Assembly (NCBI GenBank): GCA_963782945.1
Contig: CAWALO010000015.1
Span: forward strand, 71,239 to 135,238
Direction of reading: 5' to 3'
Source: an uncultured Bacteroidales bacterium
Lineage (GTDB): Bacteria; Bacteroidota; Bacteroidia; Bacteroidales; VadinHA17
DNA length: 64,000 bases
The notes beneath the pieces are model-generated. The model was not told where the DNA came from and did not search any database. It saw only the letters and a program-made list of their open reading frames with translations. How positions within the stretch are numbered: the first letter of the stretch is position 1; each line of letters starts with the position of its first letter. Positions 58,289-64,000 of the stretch are shown here, one piece after another. The position numbers and the translations under genes are program-made.

Positions 58289-61200
58289 TCAATCCACCTG
58301 AGCAGGTAGAAATCCTGCTTATGCGGAAGATCCCTGTGTTTTGGATAGATGCGTATGCCATAAAAGAAAGAACCGGCTTTTTCCGGAACAAGATGTGTCC
58401 TGTAAAGGCATTTCCCGCTTTTACAGCTTATAGGCTTAAGCTCTTCACTTGCAACAAACCTGTGTTCTCCCTGTTTGTTCATCCGGGTTATTATAAATTC
58501 CACCCCAACATTTTCCCTTGGAATCTTATTGACATTCAAGGCAATCTCTGCCGTATAATCCTGTCCCGAGCGGTAAACATTATCCTTTGACTTTTCGAAG
58601 CTATAATTTAGCACTTCAATATTATCCCACTCCTCCCTCATCGACTTTTTCCAGGCAGCCAGTTCCTTCGCCTTCTCAAAGTTGTTTTCTGTCAGATATT
58701 TATGCCGGGGTGAGAGTTTTGTATAATATCTCTCATAGTAGTCATCAAGCATCCTTTTCATCGTAAATTCAGGAGCAACTTTAACCATTGTGTTCTTTAT
58801 ATAGCTTATCCATTCAGCCGGCACACCCTGTTCATTGAATGAATAATAGGCGGGTACAATTTCATATTCCAGCATATTATAGATTGTCTCAGCATCAATG
58901 TCATCCTGCAAATCCTGGTTTTCAAAAGTTCTTTCCTTTGGCAGAGCCCATCCTGCAAATGCCCGGTAACCTTCCACCCACCAGCCGTCGAGGACGCTGA
59001 AATGCAATGTCCCGTTCATCACAGCCTTCTCGCCACTGGTACCTGATGCCTCAAGAGGTCTGGTAGGTGTATTAAGCCAGATATCAACACCTCTCACAAG
59101 ATGCTTGGCCAGCTCAATATCGTAATTCTCGATGAATATTACTTTCCCTGAAAATTTGGGCATCTGTGATATTTCAAAAATCCTTTTTATAAGATCCTGT
59201 CCGCCGCCGTCATTAGGATGAGCTTTACCCGCATATATAAACTGAACCGGCTTCCCCGGATTACTGACTATACGTTCCAGCCTGTCCAGGTCCCTGAAGA
59301 GAAGTCCGGCTCTCTTATAGGTTGCAAATCGTCTGGCGAAACCAATTGTAAGAGTTTTTTCATTCAGATGAGTGCTTATACTAAGGAGTTTGCGCGGACT
59401 AACATGTTTATCGATCATCTCACCCTGAAGACGCTTTCTTATATTGGTAAAAAGACTCTCCTTAAGACTTGTTTTAATATCATAAATCTTCTTATCATCC
59501 ACTCCATAAAGCTTTTCCCACTGTGTACTGTCGGTCTGGTCAAAATTTATGTTCCCGGTTATTTCCTTGTATACCCCTCTCCATTCAGGAGCAGTCCAGG
59601 TAGGATGATGAACTCCGTTTGTCACATATCCTATGAAGAGTTCTTCTTTAAGATATCCCGGCCATAATTTATTAAACATTCTCTGACTTACCTGACCATG
59701 CAGCTTGCTGACGCCATTAACCTCCTGCGACATCCGGGTTGCGAGATAACTCATATTAAATTTCTTATCCTGATCTCCATCACATTGTCCGAGAGCCATG
59801 AGTTCTCCCCATGATATGTTCAGCCTGCCAGGGTAAGGAGAAATATATTTACGCAGAAGTTCCTCTTCAAAAGCATCATGTCCGGCAGGGACAGGGGTAT
59901 GAGTAGTAAAAAGTGTTGATGACCTTATAGTTTCCAGCGCCTCACTAAAAGTAAGATGATGATTTTCAATCAGGATCCGGAGGCGTTCAAAGCCTATAAA
60001 TGCAGAATGGCCTTCATTGCTGTGAAAGATGTCAGCTTTAATACCCATCGCTTCAAGCGTTCTTATCCCGCCAATGCCAAGGATTAATTCCTGTCTGAGC
60101 CTGTTTTCGTTATCTCCGCCATAAAGATGGTGCGTAACATCCCGGTCCTCCTGTGCATTATCGCCTGTGTCGGTATCAAGCAATACAAGCCTTACCTTTC
60201 CGACCATAGCTTCCCACACCCGTATCCTGACATTCCTCCCAGGCCATACCTGGTAGACATTAAGATTTTTTCCTTCGGAATCTTTAACCCTGTTTATCGG
60301 AAGACGGGAAAATTCTTCAGCCTCATACACTGCAAGCTGTTCACCCTTCGGACCAAGTTTCTGGTTAAAATAACCATATCTGTAAAGCAGTCCTACACCT
60401 GTTATATTCATATTTGAATCACTGGCCTCCTTCAGATAGTCGCCGGCAAGTATACCAAGTCCTCCTGAATAGATCTTAAGGCAGGGATGGATGCCAAACT
60501 CCATGCTGAAGTAAGCAACTGACGGATGAGTCAGATCATCCGGGCGGTCCATATAAGCCCGGAATTCATCATAAACCTTTTTCAGGTGAGCTACAAATTC
60601 ATCATCATCCTCGAGCACCAGAAGCCTTTTATAGTCAATTTTTTCAAGGAGGAGCTTAGGATTATGTTTCACTTCCTCCCAAAGAGAGGGATCCATACTT
60701 CTGAATAATGCTTCTGCTTCAATATTCCACGACCACCAAAGATTATTGGAGAGTTCTTTCAGCGTTATAAGTTTTTCAGGGACGTCACTCTGAACATAAA
60801 TGGCTTTCCACACCGGTACCTGGTGTGGTTTGCGAACTGGGACACCGGGATCTTCAACAAACCTGGCAAATTCCCTGGGCTCACCTCTTCTTTCCCGGCT
60901 GATCTCAAGGGCCAGCTCGTAAGCAGTAAAATAATATTTCACCAGGCTGTCCCACATTGCTATTCTGGAAACTTCATGCGCTTTCTCCCTTGCCTCCCTT
61001 ATCTCTGCGTCATTTAATCCGAAAAACATTGTAATGAATTTCCGGATGTCTTCGACAACTGTAACTTCATTGTCATCAGTTCTTTCAATTATAGAAACCC
61101 CATTCCCATGATCCGCAAAATAATTCTTTACCCAAAGACCAAATCCTGAAAGTGATGTTGTAACTGTTGGTATGGAAAACATCAGGCTTTCAAGAGGCGT

Positions 61201-62508
61201 GTATCCCCATGGCTCATAATATGATGGAAAAACAGAAAGATCAAATCCTATAAGAAGATCAAAGTATGGCATATTGAAAATACCATCATTGCCATTCAGA
61301 TAGGATGGAACAAATATAATTTTAACCTTTGAGCTCTGATCATTATCAAGGTGATTGTCAATTATCCGCTGCAAGATAGGATCAGAGGCCGGGTAGTGAA
61401 GATTATGTGTAAGGTATTTGTTCCCGGTATTTTCCTGCCCGTTATTATAAAGGATATCAATAATATCATGACGCGGACCTTTATGATATGCCGGCATAAG
61501 AATGAAGGCCACACACTCTTTATTTATTTTATCCTCCTTTTGTATTGCACCCAGTGCATCAATAAAAATATCAACTCCCTTGTTTCTGAATTCATATCTG
61601 CCGCTGTTCACCAGCAGGGCACAATCTTCGGAAAGCTGGTAGCCAAGAACTGCCCCGGCAACACTCTTCAGCTTTTGTCTGGCCAGTTGACGCCTCTCCT
61701 CAAATATGTCAGATGACGGAACAAATGAATCCTCAAACCCATTTGGAGTTACTATATCTACATCCCTTCCAATAAAATGGCTGCATTCACGTGAAGTTAT
61801 TTCACTTACTGTTGTAAAGACATCAGCTTCCGTAGCTGAGATTTTTTCCAGGGACTGCTTTGCAGCAACATTGAATTCACGCGCAGCCAGCGCGGGAATA
61901 TATTCTTCCATCTTGCCATAGAGAGGACGATTATTACCAGCAATACACCTTCCAAGAACTGTAGCATGTGTTGTAAATGTAGTCGCGACCCAGGGTGCTG
62001 ATTTTTTCAGGTATAATACCCCTGTTCCGGTCATCCACTCATGAAACTGTGCTATCACAGTATGATGCTCAAGGTAAAAAACGGAGAAGCTTTCAATAAG
62101 TTTTCCTGCAGCATATCCGAAAAGGGCAGGTTCAACGTAATCCCATTGACCCGTAATACTATCGAGTTTATATGTTTCCCAGAATCCTGCAAATATTTCG
62201 TTTTGCTGTCCGAAATATGGTGTGAAATCTATAAGGATTACTATTGGTTTTCCTGCAATGTTCCATCTTCCCGTTTTTACCCTCAAGCCTTCAACAGCAG
62301 CTTTGGTCTTCCATTCAATAAAAAGCTGTTCGTCGGGTATAAACTCGGGATTTGTCATCTCTTCCCTCCACACATCAGGCCCTATTAGTATATAATCATC
62401 CCCCAGGTCATTAACAATATTGAGCGCTTTAGTTGATATTACCGTATGAATACCGCCTACTTTATTACATACCTCCCAACTGGTTTCAAAAATAAATTCA
62501 ACCTTCAT
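58285..62508 (-). CDS. Two-enzyme fusion: N-terminal GT3-type glycogen synthase and C-terminal GT35 alpha-glucan phosphorylase
   Basis: The N-terminus FETSWEVCNKVGGIHTV and the E-x7-E motif YYEPWGYTPLES are GT3 hallmarks. From about aa 590 come a DUF3417-like WWSWN segment, YFSMEFG, GGLGILAGD and the PLP-Lys region EASGTSGEKAVMNG. It is one uninterrupted 1,407-aa ORF. Confidence 0.9.
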   Translation of the reverse strand: MKVEFIFETSWEVCNKVGGIHTVISTKALNIVNDLGDDYILIGPDVWREEMTNPEFIPDEQLFIEWKTKAAVEGLRVKTGRWNIAGKPIVILIDFTPYFGQQNEIFAGFWETYKLDSITGQWDYVEPALFGYAAGKLIESFSVFYLEHHTVIAQFHEWMTGTGVLYLKKSAPWVATTFTTHATVLGRCIAGNNRPLYGKMEEYIPALAAREFNVAAKQSLEKISATEADVFTTVSEITSRECSHFIGRDVDIVTPNGFEDSFVPSSDIFEERRQLARQKLKSVAGAVLGYQLSEDCALLVNSGRYEFRNKGVDIFIDALGAIQKEDKINKECVAFILMPAYHKGPRHDIIDILYNNGQENTGNKYLTHNLHYPASDPILQRIIDNHLDNDQSSKVKIIFVPSYLNGNDGIFNMPYFDLLIGFDLSVFPSYYEPWGYTPLESLMFSIPTVTTSLSGFGLWVKNYFADHGNGVSIIERTDDNEVTVVEDIRKFITMFFGLNDAEIREAREKAHEVSRIAMWDSLVKYYFTAYELALEISRERRGEPREFARFVEDPGVPVRKPHQVPVWKAIYVQSDVPEKLITLKELSNNLWWSWNIEAEALFRSMDPSLWEEVKHNPKLLLEKIDYKRLLVLEDDDEFVAHLKKVYDEFRAYMDRPDDLTHPSVAYFSMEFGIHPCLKIYSGGLGILAGDYLKEASDSNMNITGVGLLYRYGYFNQKLGPKGEQLAVYEAEEFSRLPINRVKDSEGKNLNVYQVWPGRNVRIRVWEAMVGKVRLVLLDTDTGDNAQEDRDVTHHLYGGDNENRLRQELILGIGGIRTLEAMGIKADIFHSNEGHSAFIGFERLRILIENHHLTFSEALETIRSSTLFTTHTPVPAGHDAFEEELLRKYISPYPGRLNISWGELMALGQCDGDQDKKFNMSYLATRMSQEVNGVSKLHGQVSQRMFNKLWPGYLKEELFIGYVTNGVHHPTWTAPEWRGVYKEITGNINFDQTDSTQWEKLYGVDDKKIYDIKTSLKESLFTNIRKRLQGEMIDKHVSPRKLLSISTHLNEKTLTIGFARRFATYKRAGLLFRDLDRLERIVSNPGKPVQFIYAGKAHPNDGGGQDLIKRIFEISQMPKFSGKVIFIENYDIELAKHLVRGVDIWLNTPTRPLEASGTSGEKAVMNGTLHFSVLDGWWVEGYRAFAGWALPKERTFENQDLQDDIDAETIYNMLEYEIVPAYYSFNEQGVPAEWISYIKNTMVKVAPEFTMKRMLDDYYERYYTKLSPRHKYLTENNFEKAKELAAWKKSMREEWDNIEVLNYSFEKSKDNVYRSGQDYTAEIALNVNKIPRENVGVEFIITRMNKQGEHRFVASEELKPISCKSGKCLYRTHLVPEKAGSFFYGIRIYPKHRDLPHKQDFYLLRWID

Positions 62509-62617
62509 TTTAAATTAATATTTGTTTATGTTCAATAATACGCCAAAAAATGTAATATCATTCAATATCAGCCTATTTAGATGGTTGTTGTGAATTAGCC
62601 TGATATGTTCTTTCTGC

Positions 62618-64000
62618 CTATTTTTTCCGGGGTCTGCCAGGTAGTTTCTTTGCCGGTTCCTTAGAAGATTTGGTTTTCTTCACGACTGGCTTTGCAGCTT
62701 CAGTTTCAGGTTTCTTCTTTGGAGGTGATTTAGCTATTATTCTGGATACCTTTTGGGCAACAGGCTTTATCCTGGCAACTTTTTTTGCAAGCTTTGCGAT
62801 CTCTGCTGCCTGATTTTCAATAATCATACCTTTTTCAATAAGCTGTGAATCAAGCTTATATATTTGTTCCTGCTCAGCTGTATCAGGAAACCATTGTTTC
62901 AGCCTGATCTCAAAATCACTGAGTACATTCATATAATTCATGAATGCGTCATAGGGTGTCTCATAAGGATTGAAATAGGCATGCACTGCTCCGTCTGAGA
63001 AGAATTTGGTTGCCATATAATAAAAATGGTCGCTCGACTGCAGAAAGGCCCAGTCTTTTCTTATCTTCTGATCTTCACACTTATTCACCTTCCTTGACAG
63101 ACTGTAAAGCTTATCAAGAGCTGCAACCTGCAGTTCGTTTCCATGCCATGCAGTGATGTCACGCTCTTCATCTGCCCACGAAATTGGTGAATGAATGTTT
63201 ATTGCCGAAACCGGCTGCAATGAATCGGCAACCTCAGTGGGCGTCATGAATTTGAATGGTGTCTTCTTTAATATGGCTGCAGGCATATGACTGAGGAAAT
63301 CAAATATCCCTGAATCCTTCCAGTTATGCTCTCCGAATGTTTCGTAGTCAAGGAATATGTTCAACACCTCACTTGTGGGGGCCAGTTTATTTACCCATGA
63401 AGCATATTTTTCGGCTGTTAGAGGCCATTCGCTCCAATTCCTGTTAGAGAACCTGAAAGCAATATCATCACTCAGGACAAAATTCCTCAGAAGCACCTTA
63501 AGCCTCGGGTTTATGGCATTGCAATAGAGAAAATTCGGGCTCTTCCAACCTAATATATGTTTTGCACCCTCAGTAAGGACAGACTTAAATCCCATATCGG
63601 CAATCCAGGAACCTATATCGTCGGAATAAATCAATTCGGTATTCCTGAATGAGGTTGGTTCCACACCAAGGAATTCTTTCAACATCTCTTTATGAATGTT
63701 CACCTGGCGTTCGAATTCGCTCCTGCTTTTAAGTGAGGCCAGAGAATGGGAACTTGTTTCAGCAAGGAATTCCACCATACCTGTATCTGCAAGGGTTCTG
63801 AAGGAGTCAAGCACTTCCGGAGCATATAATCTGAACTGGTTTATAGCCAATCCTGAAAGTGAGTAAGCGACTTTAAACTTCCCTTTATGCTTCTGTATCA
63901 GATCAAGTATCATTTTATTTGCAGGAATGTAGCATTTATCTGCCACTTTTCGCATTATGGATTCATTTGAATAGTCATCATAATAATAATGATCGTGACC
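62618..64000 (-). CDS. GH57 family glycoside hydrolase (alpha-amylase-like). The 5' end runs off the right window edge.
   Basis: The frame stays open upstream of the track's Met to position 64000 (GHDHYYYDDYSNESIMRKVADKCYIPAN), matching the GH57 N-terminal region. Contains NTELIYS, LDYETFGEH and WADEERD. The C-terminal basic tail ends in LPGRPRKK. Confidence 0.85.
   Translation of the reverse strand, partial: GHDHYYYDDYSNESIMRKVADKCYIPANKMILDLIQKHKGKFKVAYSLSGLAINQFRLYAPEVLDSFRTLADTGMVEFLAETSSHSLASLKSRSEFERQVNIHKEMLKEFLGVEPTSFRNTELIYSDDIGSWIADMGFKSVLTEGAKHILGWKSPNFLYCNAINPRLKVLLRNFVLSDDIAFRFSNRNWSEWPLTAEKYASWVNKLAPTSEVLNIFLDYETFGEHNWKDSGIFDFLSHMPAAILKKTPFKFMTPTEVADSLQPVSAINIHSPISWADEERDITAWHGNELQVAALDKLYSLSRKVNKCEDQKIRKDWAFLQSSDHFYYMATKFFSDGAVHAYFNPYETPYDAFMNYMNVLSDFEIRLKQWFPDTAEQEQIYKLDSQLIEKGMIIENQAAEIAKLAKKVARIKPVAQKVSRIIAKSPPKKKPETEAAKPVVKKTKSSKEPAKKLPGRPRKK

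Overview
This window is a densely packed, mostly housekeeping chromosomal segment of a Bacteroidota-type genome. It is AT-rich, roughly 40% GC by eye (not computed). Supporting signs are TAnnTTTG-type -7 promoter boxes, almost no Shine-Dalgarno sequences, a purH-mreBCD-mrdA-rodA block, a GH97 alpha-glucosidase and a GT3-type glycogen synthase. I support about 50 protein genes on both strands and one tRNA-Leu(UAG). Four things stand out. (1) A 1,435-codon kinase-like/P-loop ATPase/TPR-like/GAF ORF at the left edge is absent from the supplied ORF track because it has no stop in the window, and its catalytic loop is non-canonical. (2) An arginine/carbamoyl-phosphate cluster (carA, argH, argG, argR, carB) has two ARG-box-like operators spaced 21 bp apart over the argR start and promoter. 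(3) A glycogen cluster holds a eukaryote-type branching enzyme, a 1,407-aa GT3 synthase::GT35 phosphorylase fusion, and a GH57 protein with an AT-hook-like tail that runs off the right edge. (4) Several families of small non-coding repeats are confined to intergenic spacers: an 8-nt-phased polypurine N-GGGAGAA array, triple-heptamer (A/C/T)TCNG(C/T)G modules at 9-12 nt spacing at three loci, and C-run/C-run/G-run hairpin modules at two loci. I found no CRISPR array, transposase, integrase or recognisable defence operon. I cannot point to a convincing novel multi-gene system; the intergenic repeat families are the least explained content.
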